From positions 160,001 through 224,000 of the IMG/VR virus record IMGVR_UViG_3300011868_000001: 64,000 nt of DNA; one strand, given 5' to 3'. Positions 50,076-59,020 of the stretch are shown here, one piece after another. Source of the DNA: a virus. Its lineage: Duplodnaviria; Caudoviricetes. Position 1 is the first letter of the stretch; every line of letters starts with the position of its first letter. The notes below the pieces were generated by a model, which did no database searches, was not told where the DNA came from, and saw nothing but the letters and a program-made list of their open reading frames with translations. The position numbers and the translations under genes were made by a program.

Positions 50076-50627
50076 ATGACCGAACAAATTACCCGTAACC
50101 GAATCGCGATGAATGCCAACAGCCGGATTCGCGATCGTTGCAACAGCGGTATCTCCTGGGGTACCAACAACTACCCGGCCAACTCTGATCCGGCCTGGTT
50201 CGGTGGCCCGACCAGCGGTCTGGCAGTATCCATGAGCCGCAATGACTTCTCCGGCGGTGAGCCGTCAGTATCGCAAGCGGTATCTGCCCTGCGTACATTC
50301 GCCAACCGCTTTGCTGCCATCCGCACCATCCGTATCCTGATCTACCGCAGCAAGTCGGGTTACTCCAGCGGTAACGGCAACATCCTTGAGTACGATGGTA
50401 CTGCGGTAGCCCACTCGGCGTACTCGTCTGGTGCTCATGCCAATAGCGTTGCGCTGTCGGCGATGCGTGAAGGTGTGGAGATGGACCTGGACACGCTGAA
50501 CAGTTCGCTGGACGAGCTGTGGAACGCCTACGTAGCCGGTGCCCGCAACACTGTGCTCAACCGCGAACGTGTCATCTGCCATACCAGCTGTCACAGCAAC
50601 TGTCACTGCGCCCGCGGGCGTCGTTGA
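50076..50627 (+). CDS. 183-aa protein with C-terminal CHxxCHxxCHC-ARGRR motif, candidate radical SAM substrate
   Basis: Ends ICHTSCHSNCHCARGRR; strongly biased codons; starts 1 nt after the rSAM 1 stop. Confidence 0.8.
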   Translation: MTEQITRNRIAMNANSRIRDRCNSGISWGTNNYPANSDPAWFGGPTSGLAVSMSRNDFSGGEPSVSQAVSALRTFANRFAAIRTIRILIYRSKSGYSSGNGNILEYDGTAVAHSAYSSGAHANSVALSAMREGVEMDLDTLNSSLDELWNAYVAGARNTVLNRERVICHTSCHSNCHCARGRR

Positions 50628-50661
50628 TCACCCATCGTCCTCTTTAGCCGAGACATTCATC

Positions 50662-51417
50662 ATGAGCGAACAACCCACCACCCCTGCGGTAATCCCCTGC
50701 ACTGCTCCAATCGCGGTCAGTGACCTGAAGCGCAAGTTCACCGAAGACGTTGTGTTTGTTATCGACGTCGATGCCAGTAAGTTAAAAGGTCGTGCTCTGC
50801 TGACGTACCTGTCGAACCTCAACACCAATATCCATCTGCAATTTGGTAGTGTCGAGGCGACCACCGAACTGCTGCGTGATTACATGGCCTCGACGTTGCT
50901 GATCAGCATCGCTGAATTGGAAGACCTTGCTATCAACCTGCTACTGGCAGCCACTGGTCGTGCGTACACCCTTCCGTTCGAACCAGCGTCCTTCATTGAA
51001 GAGAACGAGGCGCTGATCGAGACCTGGCTCAAGCGACTGGACTCACTTCCGGCGTTTGCGCTGTACTGCCACCCGGCGCACAAAGAGGCCGTGGAGCAGA
51101 CCTACCCAGAAGACACGGACGAAAGCATGGCGGGGCTTAACTTCGTCAAGCTGATCGAGCATGAGTTGTTCCCGGTTCTGATGGCGGGCGTGCAGGAAAG
51201 TGATTACAACTGGAACCGCGTGCTGTTTAACGAGTACATCTTCGCTGGCGATAATCTGTTTAAGTTCTTTGCCAGCAAGAACAACCCGTACTTCATAGCA
51301 CTGCTCGCCGATGAATGTCCGGAGGAGTTTGGCCGTGTTCTGCCTATCATGCAGACCCTGGTGCATAAAACGACCCAATGTGTAAAGGAAATCGAACATG
51401 TATCACATCCGCAGTAA
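50662..51417 (+). CDS. hypothetical protein of the rSAM island
   Basis: Likely start MSEQPTT; overlaps the next gene. Confidence 0.75.
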   Translation: MSEQPTTPAVIPCTAPIAVSDLKRKFTEDVVFVIDVDASKLKGRALLTYLSNLNTNIHLQFGSVEATTELLRDYMASTLLISIAELEDLAINLLLAATGRAYTLPFEPASFIEENEALIETWLKRLDSLPAFALYCHPAHKEAVEQTYPEDTDESMAGLNFVKLIEHELFPVLMAGVQESDYNWNRVLFNEYIFAGDNLFKFFASKNNPYFIALLADECPEEFGRVLPIMQTLVHKTTQCVKEIEHVSHPQ

Positions 51418-52453
51418 AGCCTACGTCGAGATCGATTCTCGCGTAACGCGCGACAATCCCTATATCTCGTTCGGCAAGCACGTCGGCTACGAGTACGTCC
51501 CGGTGGCACACGAGACTGCTGCTCAACAACTCACTTACGCCCAGTCCCTCGATGACCTGAGCAGTGATGAATTCAAAGCCGCCATGAATGCAGCGTTCAC
51601 CAGCAAGGAAAAGGTGTTCATCTTCGCCGATGGCAAAACCTACCTGCGTCTGTACGCCATGGTCGTCAAAGCGCTGCTTCCATCGGTGACTCTCGATGTG
51701 TTCCGTTGGATCTTCCTGTGCAAGAAGGCAACCTTCAACGTCTCCTTGCTGAACATCCGCAAGCCGGCGTCGAACATTCTGGATGAAGTCCAGATCAATG
51801 CCAAGACCATCGAAGCACTGTTCAAGCAAGAAGACCCGCATCAGCAGGCGATGAATGAACTCATGGCAGCGGCGCCCGATGAAGTTTCGCTGGAATGGCG
51901 TATCCTGCGTCTGCTGACCTGTGACCGGGTCGGGAAGCTGCCCAAGACGCTGCGCAACATCCTGCGGCGTATCGCCCTAGCCAATACCCACGACGCCCTC
52001 GACGTCTGGGGTCGGATGATTGCCGATCCGGGCATGTGGGAGTTTGCTGGGTGTGACATGGACACCCTGATGAACGGCAACAGTGTCTTTGAAGGCACCC
52101 TGAAGTTCCATTACCTGAACAACCCGATGTTCCTGCAACCTGGTGTGTTCGAAAACGAACCGACCAAGGACTGGATTGTTGGTCTGCTCAAGGAACTGGT
52201 GCAGGTGCTGGAGTTCTGTGACGAAGGTCCGACCGCCGGGCGTACTCGTCTGATCCTCGAGCTGATCAAAGACGAGACCAACCTGCAAGACCCGGAAGCT
52301 CTCAAAGCACGGGTTGTGACCATGTTCAAAGGCGCCAAGCGTTTGGCCCTGCCGAATGCCGATTCTGGCAAGTACGATGAAAACCTCATCCGCTACGTAT
52401 TGAACGAGGACGTCGAAGTCCTGCGTCAGTGCGTCAAAGGAGCGCAGTGGTAA
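51398..52453 (+). CDS. hypothetical protein of the rSAM island
   Basis: 351 aa; AAGGA RBS; coupled to the next gene by TAATG. Confidence 0.75.
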   Translation: MYHIRSKAYVEIDSRVTRDNPYISFGKHVGYEYVPVAHETAAQQLTYAQSLDDLSSDEFKAAMNAAFTSKEKVFIFADGKTYLRLYAMVVKALLPSVTLDVFRWIFLCKKATFNVSLLNIRKPASNILDEVQINAKTIEALFKQEDPHQQAMNELMAAAPDEVSLEWRILRLLTCDRVGKLPKTLRNILRRIALANTHDALDVWGRMIADPGMWEFAGCDMDTLMNGNSVFEGTLKFHYLNNPMFLQPGVFENEPTKDWIVGLLKELVQVLEFCDEGPTAGRTRLILELIKDETNLQDPEALKARVVTMFKGAKRLALPNADSGKYDENLIRYVLNEDVEVLRQCVKGAQW

Positions 52454-53448
52454 TGGAACTGATCCCCGTAGTGAACATCCTCCAAGAGAAGAAGGGTAAG
52501 TGGAAAGAAGCTCATCTGATTCTGTTTGAGTACTGTAATCTACGGTGTTCTTTCTGCCATCAAGACCACGACTCCAAGGTGGGGTTTGACACCATCGCTG
52601 AAAAGGTCGAGACGCTCATTGCCAACACCGACCCACGGCAACCGTACGTGGTGAACATGACCGGTGGTGAGCTGTTCTTGGACGAGTTCCCTGATGAGCT
52701 GTTCGAGCAGTACTACCAAGCAGGTAAACGTATCTTCGAACACTTCGACGATGCCTTGCTGGTACTGGGAACCAACCTGGTCTATCATCGGGTGGAGCGG
52801 TTGATCAAGCTGGTCAATCGACTCTCCACTCATGGTCGGGTCCAGATCGCCACGTCGTACGATCCAGCGGGTCGTTTTGATCGCGTCAGCCGGATGCTGT
52901 TCATACACAACCTGCAGCGCGTGAAGGAATACGTCAAGACCATCAACGTGGTGATCACCAAGCAGAACATCGAGGCGTTCCTGAGTGAAGACGAAGGGTA
53001 TGAAGTCGCCTGGATGTGCGAACACTTCGATGTGTACTTCGACCACTACATCCCCAGTCAGATGTATGAATACATCCAGCCGGATGAAGACCTGATCAGT
53101 CAGCTGTACCTCAAACTCAATGAGCGCTATCCGAACTCCTATCCGATCAAGGACTGGAAGAACAATGCGTTCAACGAGACCACCTGTCGCTCGACCAAGA
53201 TCGTCAACAAAGACGGGATTGTCAGCACCTGTTGGTCCGAGGCCGGTAAGAACGCCATCTTAGATGAAGCCGAAGGCCTTAAAGCCAAGGACGAAGCTGA
53301 GATGCGGTTCGTGGAGAAATACAACTGCTTCGCTTGCGAGTACTATTCTCGCTGCGGGATGCGTTGCTTCCTCCATCACTCGTTCATTGACGACGGAAAT
53401 GATGTCTGTCAGATCAAATTGATGTTCGATAAAGTGGTAGAGGCATAA
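52453..53448 (+). CDS. radical SAM/SPASM-like protein 2
   Basis: CNLRCSFC, TGGE, C-terminal CFACEYYSRCGMRC..C. Confidence 0.9.
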   Translation: MELIPVVNILQEKKGKWKEAHLILFEYCNLRCSFCHQDHDSKVGFDTIAEKVETLIANTDPRQPYVVNMTGGELFLDEFPDELFEQYYQAGKRIFEHFDDALLVLGTNLVYHRVERLIKLVNRLSTHGRVQIATSYDPAGRFDRVSRMLFIHNLQRVKEYVKTINVVITKQNIEAFLSEDEGYEVAWMCEHFDVYFDHYIPSQMYEYIQPDEDLISQLYLKLNERYPNSYPIKDWKNNAFNETTCRSTKIVNKDGIVSTCWSEAGKNAILDEAEGLKAKDEAEMRFVEKYNCFACEYYSRCGMRCFLHHSFIDDGNDVCQIKLMFDKVVEA

Positions 53449-53451
53449 CAA

Positions 53452-53485
53452 CATACGGGCTCCGGGCAACCGGAGCCTATATGCC
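53452..53485 (+). terminator. CATA/TATG hairpin within the island
   Basis: CATAC-GGGCTCCGG-GCAA-CCGGAGCCT-ATATGCC. Confidence 0.65.
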
Positions 53486-53618
53486 GTTTGCATTTAAATA
53501 AATACTTGCGTCAGCTGATATGAATGTTAGTCATGGGGAATTTGTCACCATTCCCATGTTATGACCTAGACAGTAAGGTATCTTCCCTTACTGGACGATT
53601 ACCCGAGAGGCTTTCCCC

Positions 53619-53795
53619 ATGAATGTACAAGAATTTCCCTTGACGCCTGAAGGCTATCAGCAGGCCATGCAATGGATGAAGGACGAAGGACTCGATCCAG
53701 TGGAACATGCTAACCGAGAACTGTCCACTGACGGTTACACCATTGTCAATCTGGTGAACCACCTGCGCCAACGTAAGGTCGCACAGACTGCCTAG
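53619..53795 (+). CDS. 58-aa hypothetical protein (MNVQEFPLTPEGYQQAMQWMKDEGLDP...)
   Basis: Read by hand (below the ORF-track cut-off); GAGAGG RBS; fills the gap before rSAM 3. Confidence 0.7.
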   Translation: MNVQEFPLTPEGYQQAMQWMKDEGLDPVEHANRELSTDGYTIVNLVNHLRQRKVAQTA

Positions 53796-53808
53796 AAGGA
53801 ATGTGTAA

Positions 53809-54897
53809 GTGGACTTGATCCTGAAGCCAACCCAGAAATGTAACTTTAAGTGCACCTTCTGCTCGAGCACCTACTTGAGCGAAGACAATCGGGAAATTGT
53901 CGATCTGAGTCAGGTTGCACTGTTCATCAAGCGTTTCCCTGAGACGCGTACGGTGATTGTCAATGGGGGCGATCCGTTGATGATGCCGCCAGAGTACTAC
54001 TGGGACCTGATCGACATTCTCGATCAGTTGGGTTCTCAGGCCAGCATCTCCTTTACCACCAACCTCTGGCCGTTCTATAAGAAACCTGAATTGTGGGAAG
54101 AGCTGTTCAAACACCCCAGAATTGGCGTGACCACCTCGTTCCAATACGGTGAGGGGCGGCTTAAAGGTGACGGCACACCGTTGACCGAGGCTGAGTTCAT
54201 TGCCATGAGTGATCTGTTTCTGGAACGGATCGGCTATCGTCCTGATTTTATCGCAGTGATCGACAAGGACAATGAACACACTGTCCTTGATACGGTCCGG
54301 TTGGCTAAACGCCTAGGGGTGGAAGCCAAGGTCAACTATGCGGTGGCCTCAGGACCTGTGGTGGTCAACAAAGGCATCACCATGGGACATGCTGAAAGCA
54401 TGTACACCCAAGCTGACATGTATAAAGCCTACATCGAGATTTACGATGCAGGTCTCATGCAGTGGGAGTTCAACACCAAGCAGATGGTCAAGCGCATCAA
54501 GACGCAGAACACCATCTGCCCATTGAGCCGGGACTGCGACAGCGGGATTCGAGCCTTGCAACCTGGTGGCGGCTATTACTCCTGCGGGGCCTTTGGCGAT
54601 GACCTGAAGTATCCCATCGACTTTAAGAAAGAGATGGCCGGTGAATTCTTCCGTCCCTTGAGCAATCAAGAAGAGCTGTGGTCGATGAAGGAGGCCTGTA
54701 ACGAGTGTCCGATGTTCCTGATCTGCAATGGCTGTCGTAAGACCGTGACCGACACCAAGCGGTTAGGTCTGGCTGAGCATCACTGCAAGACCATGAAGAG
54801 CATTGCACCGCGGATCATCGAACTCAACGGGATGCAGGACTACCTGGTCCCCACCCCTTACGTGGACGAGTCTGTCCAGATCATCGCCCGAGGCTAA
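53809..54897 (+). CDS. radical SAM/SPASM-like protein 3
   Basis: CNFKCTFC, NGGDP, C-terminal CP...DC..SCG..CNECPMFLICNGC..C. Confidence 0.9.
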   Translation: MDLILKPTQKCNFKCTFCSSTYLSEDNREIVDLSQVALFIKRFPETRTVIVNGGDPLMMPPEYYWDLIDILDQLGSQASISFTTNLWPFYKKPELWEELFKHPRIGVTTSFQYGEGRLKGDGTPLTEAEFIAMSDLFLERIGYRPDFIAVIDKDNEHTVLDTVRLAKRLGVEAKVNYAVASGPVVVNKGITMGHAESMYTQADMYKAYIEIYDAGLMQWEFNTKQMVKRIKTQNTICPLSRDCDSGIRALQPGGGYYSCGAFGDDLKYPIDFKKEMAGEFFRPLSNQEELWSMKEACNECPMFLICNGCRKTVTDTKRLGLAEHHCKTMKSIAPRIIELNGMQDYLVPTPYVDESVQIIARG

Positions 54898-54899
54898 GC

Positions 54900-55142
54900 A
54901 TGGCGTATATCGATCCTTTTGAGCGCAGTCCGGTAGCCGACTCCCTGTCGGCTGAATCCGCCAAGCTCGATGAGCAGCTCAACGCAGTCTTCCAACGTGA
55001 AGCCGAGTTCTTTGAGCGTCAACTGGCCCATCGTAACATGCGTCTAAACTCACGGGGAGTGGCTCAATTGGAAATGAACCTACGGGATTTTCTGAACAAG
55101 GCCATTGCTGACATCGAAAAGGACCTAGACGATGCTGGCTAA
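54900..55142 (+). CDS. small helical hypothetical protein
   Basis: 80-aa ORF in operon. Confidence 0.7.
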   Translation: MAYIDPFERSPVADSLSAESAKLDEQLNAVFQREAEFFERQLAHRNMRLNSRGVAQLEMNLRDFLNKAIADIEKDLDDAG

Positions 55143-55187
55143 CAAATTGGCCATGGCCATCGCAATCATCATCCATGAGGGCTTATT

Positions 55188-56192
55188 GTGGGCCGACCGA
55201 AAATCAACCTCAGCCTGAACCCCACTTATTATTGCAACCTGCGCTGTGAGTTCTGCTACCTCACGCCAGAGCAGCTGGGCGATAAGACCCGTCTGGAGCT
55301 GGATAAGTTCGAAGAAGTGCTGCTCGATATCTTGCAGCATTACGATGTCGGTCATGTCGACCTGTATGGCGGTGAAGTCCTCTTGTTGCCCCCGGAATAC
55401 CTGCGGGGTCTCAAAGACATCCTGCACACCTACGGGATCGATGATATTGTTCTGGTGACCAACCTCACCCTGACCAATGAGATCACCGAGGACTTGGACT
55501 TCGATCTGTCAGTGTCGTATGACTTCGGGGCACGGGAGATGCATGAGCGGGTGTTCAACAACCTGCTGGCATTGCCCAGACCGTACACCATCCTGACCCT
55601 GGCCAGCCGGAAGTTTCTCGATACGGTGAGTGTGGATGAATTCGTCCAGACCATGAACCTGTTGAGTGGGGCCAAGGACGTCGAGATCAAGCCGTACAGC
55701 GCGAATCAGGCTAACACGCATGCAGTGTACTACGATGAGTTCGAACGCTTCGTATGGGCGGTTATAGAGCATCCTGACAGGCAGTTCTACTTCGAGAATG
55801 AACGCCAGATCAAAGAAGCGGTTGAGGGCCAACGTAACGCCTTCAGCGATGACCACCTGTACATCACTCCGACTGGCCAATTGGCCGTTTTGGAGTTCGA
55901 TGCCAATGACAATGAGTTCTTCCTCCCGGTTGATGGAGTGGAAGGCTATCTTGCGTGGTGTGCAAAAGAAAAGCAGGCCGTGGCCCAGAACGGGCATTGC
56001 GGGACCTGTACCTACATGGGACATTGCCTCTCCGAACATTTGCGGGAGGTGAAAGACTTGTCCCATTCCTGTAACGGTTTTAAGGGGTTACTTGACCTAT
56101 GGACAACCCACACCTCGTCCAACACCGACAACGCCTGGAGATCACGCTTGATCTATTCCGAGGCTGTGCCAACCACTGCGCCGGATGCATGA
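55188..56192 (+). CDS. radical SAM protein 4
   Basis: CNLRCEFC, YGGE, C-terminal CGTCTYMGHC..SCNG. Confidence 0.9.
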   Translation: MGRPKINLSLNPTYYCNLRCEFCYLTPEQLGDKTRLELDKFEEVLLDILQHYDVGHVDLYGGEVLLLPPEYLRGLKDILHTYGIDDIVLVTNLTLTNEITEDLDFDLSVSYDFGAREMHERVFNNLLALPRPYTILTLASRKFLDTVSVDEFVQTMNLLSGAKDVEIKPYSANQANTHAVYYDEFERFVWAVIEHPDRQFYFENERQIKEAVEGQRNAFSDDHLYITPTGQLAVLEFDANDNEFFLPVDGVEGYLAWCAKEKQAVAQNGHCGTCTYMGHCLSEHLREVKDLSHSCNGFKGLLDLWTTHTSSNTDNAWRSRLIYSEAVPTTAPDA

Positions 56193-57127
56193 TCGACCGC
56201 ACCATCGGTGGCGATGTCGATGATCTGCCAGAACTCAAAGCCCTGATCGAGGAGATGACCGCCGCCGGTTATGTTGCTTTCGATCTGGGCGTTGGACCAA
56301 CCGACTACATGACGGCCGATAACAAGGACGAAGTCATGGTCCATCCGGTTTTCCAAGCCATGGCACAGTTGTTTCATCAGGTGACCTTCAATGCTGCATT
56401 CCTGGAAAAGGACCTGACGAAATACACCCGCATGTGTCAGGAGATCGATCAGTGCATCCCAGGCAAACCGATTCGTTTCCTGATCCCGGCTGCTCCCAGT
56501 TTCTTCAAGACCAATAAGTTCAGTGACATGATCAACATGAAACTGAACCATGTCAAAGACAGTCTGCACGATGCCTTCCTCAACGAGGCGGGCTTTGTGG
56601 TAAACTGTACCAAAGACACGGTCGACGATGAATTTGAAGAGATGCTGGTCAAAGGGTTCGATGTCGAGTTTCCGGTCGATAAGGATGACATCCTGAACAT
56701 CCCCTATGGTCGGGCACCGGTCAAAGACCTTCAGGTGGCGCAGCAGATTCAGCGCATGAGTTATCGCATCAGTCACTATTACAAATTGCTCAATGGTACC
56801 GACGAGCGCCGGAAGAATCCTGATCTGTGCCTCAATACCGGGACCATGACCAATCTGCTGTATACCGATGGCAAACTGTACTGGGTACCCTTCCTCAAGG
56901 ACGATTGTCCGTTCCTTGAAGATGCGTTTACCGTGCCCAAGCCCTGGACTATGGATAACCTGCTGGCGACGCGTCAGAAGGCGCTGGATGCCTCTCTGGA
57001 GTACCTCAAAGACACCCCCTGCATGCAGTGTCCTTACATCTCCAGTTGTGCTGAGAAAGGCATTACCAGCATCATGCAATTTATGGGTATCAAGGACTGT
57101 CTGGTAGGGCTTGACTATGCACAATGA
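56099..57127 (+). CDS. atypical radical SAM-like protein 5
   Basis: CANHCAGC; GPTD where GGEP is expected; C-terminal CMQCPYISSC..C. Confidence 0.75.
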   Translation: MDNPHLVQHRQRLEITLDLFRGCANHCAGCMIDRTIGGDVDDLPELKALIEEMTAAGYVAFDLGVGPTDYMTADNKDEVMVHPVFQAMAQLFHQVTFNAAFLEKDLTKYTRMCQEIDQCIPGKPIRFLIPAAPSFFKTNKFSDMINMKLNHVKDSLHDAFLNEAGFVVNCTKDTVDDEFEEMLVKGFDVEFPVDKDDILNIPYGRAPVKDLQVAQQIQRMSYRISHYYKLLNGTDERRKNPDLCLNTGTMTNLLYTDGKLYWVPFLKDDCPFLEDAFTVPKPWTMDNLLATRQKALDASLEYLKDTPCMQCPYISSCAEKGITSIMQFMGIKDCLVGLDYAQ

Positions 57128-58160
57128 ACGCGTCTCTCAAACCTTTAACCTTGGGCTTGAAGTGCTCAAGGGGTGTGGGTACAGTTGTTCGGGCTGTACG
57201 GTCGACAAGAACTTTGCCGACTTCGATGTACCAGAAGATGATGCCCGCGCTATCCTTGGTCTGCTCGCCGATCTTAAAGCGCAAGACTGGCGAATGCTCG
57301 AGCTTAAGATCGGGCCGACAGACATCACCAGCTCCGACAATGGCTTTGCCGTGTTGCAGCACCCGGTGATCAAAGAGATCGCCTCGTACTACAAGGTGCT
57401 GACCTTAAACGCTGCCATGCTCCATGACCGTAACCTGCCTGAGTTGGCAGAGCTGGTCGACGAGTTGATGCCGGGCAAGTACGTTAACATCGGCACCCCG
57501 TTTACCTTGAAGAACGTGGCCAATGAAAAGTACATGGCGATGATGAAAGAACGCTTGGCGTACTTCCAGAGTCTGTTGAAGAAAGCGTCTTTCACTCGCC
57601 TGTATGCCACGATAAACATTGAGGAAGAGAACCTTAAGCAGTTCAACCCTGAGTCGTTCAGTCTGATTCGTAACTATGACTTCGGCTCTGGGATCGATAA
57701 GGTGATTGAGTTTCCGTTTGTCAATGCTCGCCAAGGGTTTGACAACCTGCTCATTGCCGAACGCTTCAAGCGCGACATCAAGCAGTTTGCTGATTTTGCC
57801 AAGACGCGTATCAACACCCATGAGTTCGTGCCGTTGATCCCCGGTGTCAAAGAAGGCTATGAGTACACGTACCGTACCGGCAAACTGTACTCGACCATTG
57901 TGCTGGTTGAGAACCTGACGCTGTACAAAGACAAGTATGAGTTGGCAAGGCCATGGACGGGCGAGCGGCTACTCAAGCACCGAGAAGACGCCTACATCAA
58001 CAACCTGGTCAAGTACAGCGAACATCCCCAATGTGGGACGTGTTGTTTCTTGGATCATTGCGCCCGGTGCGACGTCCAACATCTGATGGAAGAGACGGGC
58101 AGTGACACCTGCCTGATCGAGATGCATAACCGCTGGGATCTGGCTCATGTAGAGCACTGA
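57117..58160 (+). CDS. atypical radical SAM-like protein 6
   Basis: CGYSCSGC; GPTD; C-terminal CGTCCFLDHCARC..C; paralog of 56099-57127. Confidence 0.75.
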   Translation: MHNERVSQTFNLGLEVLKGCGYSCSGCTVDKNFADFDVPEDDARAILGLLADLKAQDWRMLELKIGPTDITSSDNGFAVLQHPVIKEIASYYKVLTLNAAMLHDRNLPELAELVDELMPGKYVNIGTPFTLKNVANEKYMAMMKERLAYFQSLLKKASFTRLYATINIEEENLKQFNPESFSLIRNYDFGSGIDKVIEFPFVNARQGFDNLLIAERFKRDIKQFADFAKTRINTHEFVPLIPGVKEGYEYTYRTGKLYSTIVLVENLTLYKDKYELARPWTGERLLKHREDAYINNLVKYSEHPQCGTCCFLDHCARCDVQHLMEETGSDTCLIEMHNRWDLAHVEH

Positions 58161-58173
58161 TGAGGAACCGTCA

Positions 58174-58608
58174 ATGGACTCGTTATACACTATCGTCGAC
58201 AACGTGGCAATTCCTGAGTGGCTTGTCGATGCTGCAATGTGCGAACCGAATAAAGGGTCCATTGACACGCCCGAGATTTGGAGCTTTGTAGAGAAACAGC
58301 TCCTGCCGCTGGTCATGCGTCAGACTCAGGCACAACCGACCCTTTATGTATCGTCGAATCACGTGCACATCAGTGCAGCGGGCCTGACCCCGCACGATCA
58401 TCTGCCCAACGCATTTACGTCAGTGCTTTATCTGGTAGATGCCGAAGGACGGTTGATCATCGACCCCGATGGGATCAATGAACGGGTCAAACCGGCGGCT
58501 GGTCGATTCGTCATTTTCAAAGGTGAAACCATTCATGCGGTGGAGAAATCGCCGCAGAATGAATTGCGTATTTCGCTGGTGAGCAACTATGAATACCCTT
58601 CCGTATAA
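58174..58608 (+). CDS. 2OG-Fe(II) oxygenase-like protein
   Basis: PHDH...SVLYL...GRFVIFKGETIHAV...RISLVSN. Confidence 0.75.
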   Translation: MDSLYTIVDNVAIPEWLVDAAMCEPNKGSIDTPEIWSFVEKQLLPLVMRQTQAQPTLYVSSNHVHISAAGLTPHDHLPNAFTSVLYLVDAEGRLIIDPDGINERVKPAAGRFVIFKGETIHAVEKSPQNELRISLVSNYEYPSV

Positions 58609-59020
58609 GGCCTTCCAACGACTCTATGACGAGCTGGTGCAAGAACACAGCGACGCATTTGAGTTAATGGAGTTTGTCATTGATGATGAACTCGTCAACA
58701 ACGCCATGAAGTATTTCGAGGCCGCGACCTTTCCGCTGATCTATCCGGCCAAGAGCTATGCAGTGGCGATCATCTATGCCCACAAGCTCAGTGAGATTTA
58801 TGGTCTGGATATCCACACGGTCCTCGATGACAAGGACCTGTTCCTTGGCCAAGACCCGTACTTTGTCCCGTACAGTGAAGACCCGGCGACGTACGAGGCC
58901 ATCCTTCAGCGCTTAAAGCACAAGCCCAACTGGCTGGAATCGGGGTGGGCTCCGAAAAGCGTTCAATACTGCTTGCTCGAATGCACCGAGGCAGGCATCC
59001 AATCATTGACGGAGGTGTAA
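58589..59020 (+). CDS. hypothetical protein of the rSAM island
   Basis: 143-aa ORF overlapping the upstream gene and abutting the next. Confidence 0.75.
   Translation: MNTLPYKAFQRLYDELVQEHSDAFELMEFVIDDELVNNAMKYFEAATFPLIYPAKSYAVAIIYAHKLSEIYGLDIHTVLDDKDLFLGQDPYFVPYSEDPATYEAILQRLKHKPNWLESGWAPKSVQYCLLECTEAGIQSLTEV

Noticed and set aside
50575-50627. CH repeats as c-type heme-binding CxxCH motifs
   Set aside because: Spacing is CxxxCH rather than CxxCH, and there is no export signal or cytochrome c maturation gene
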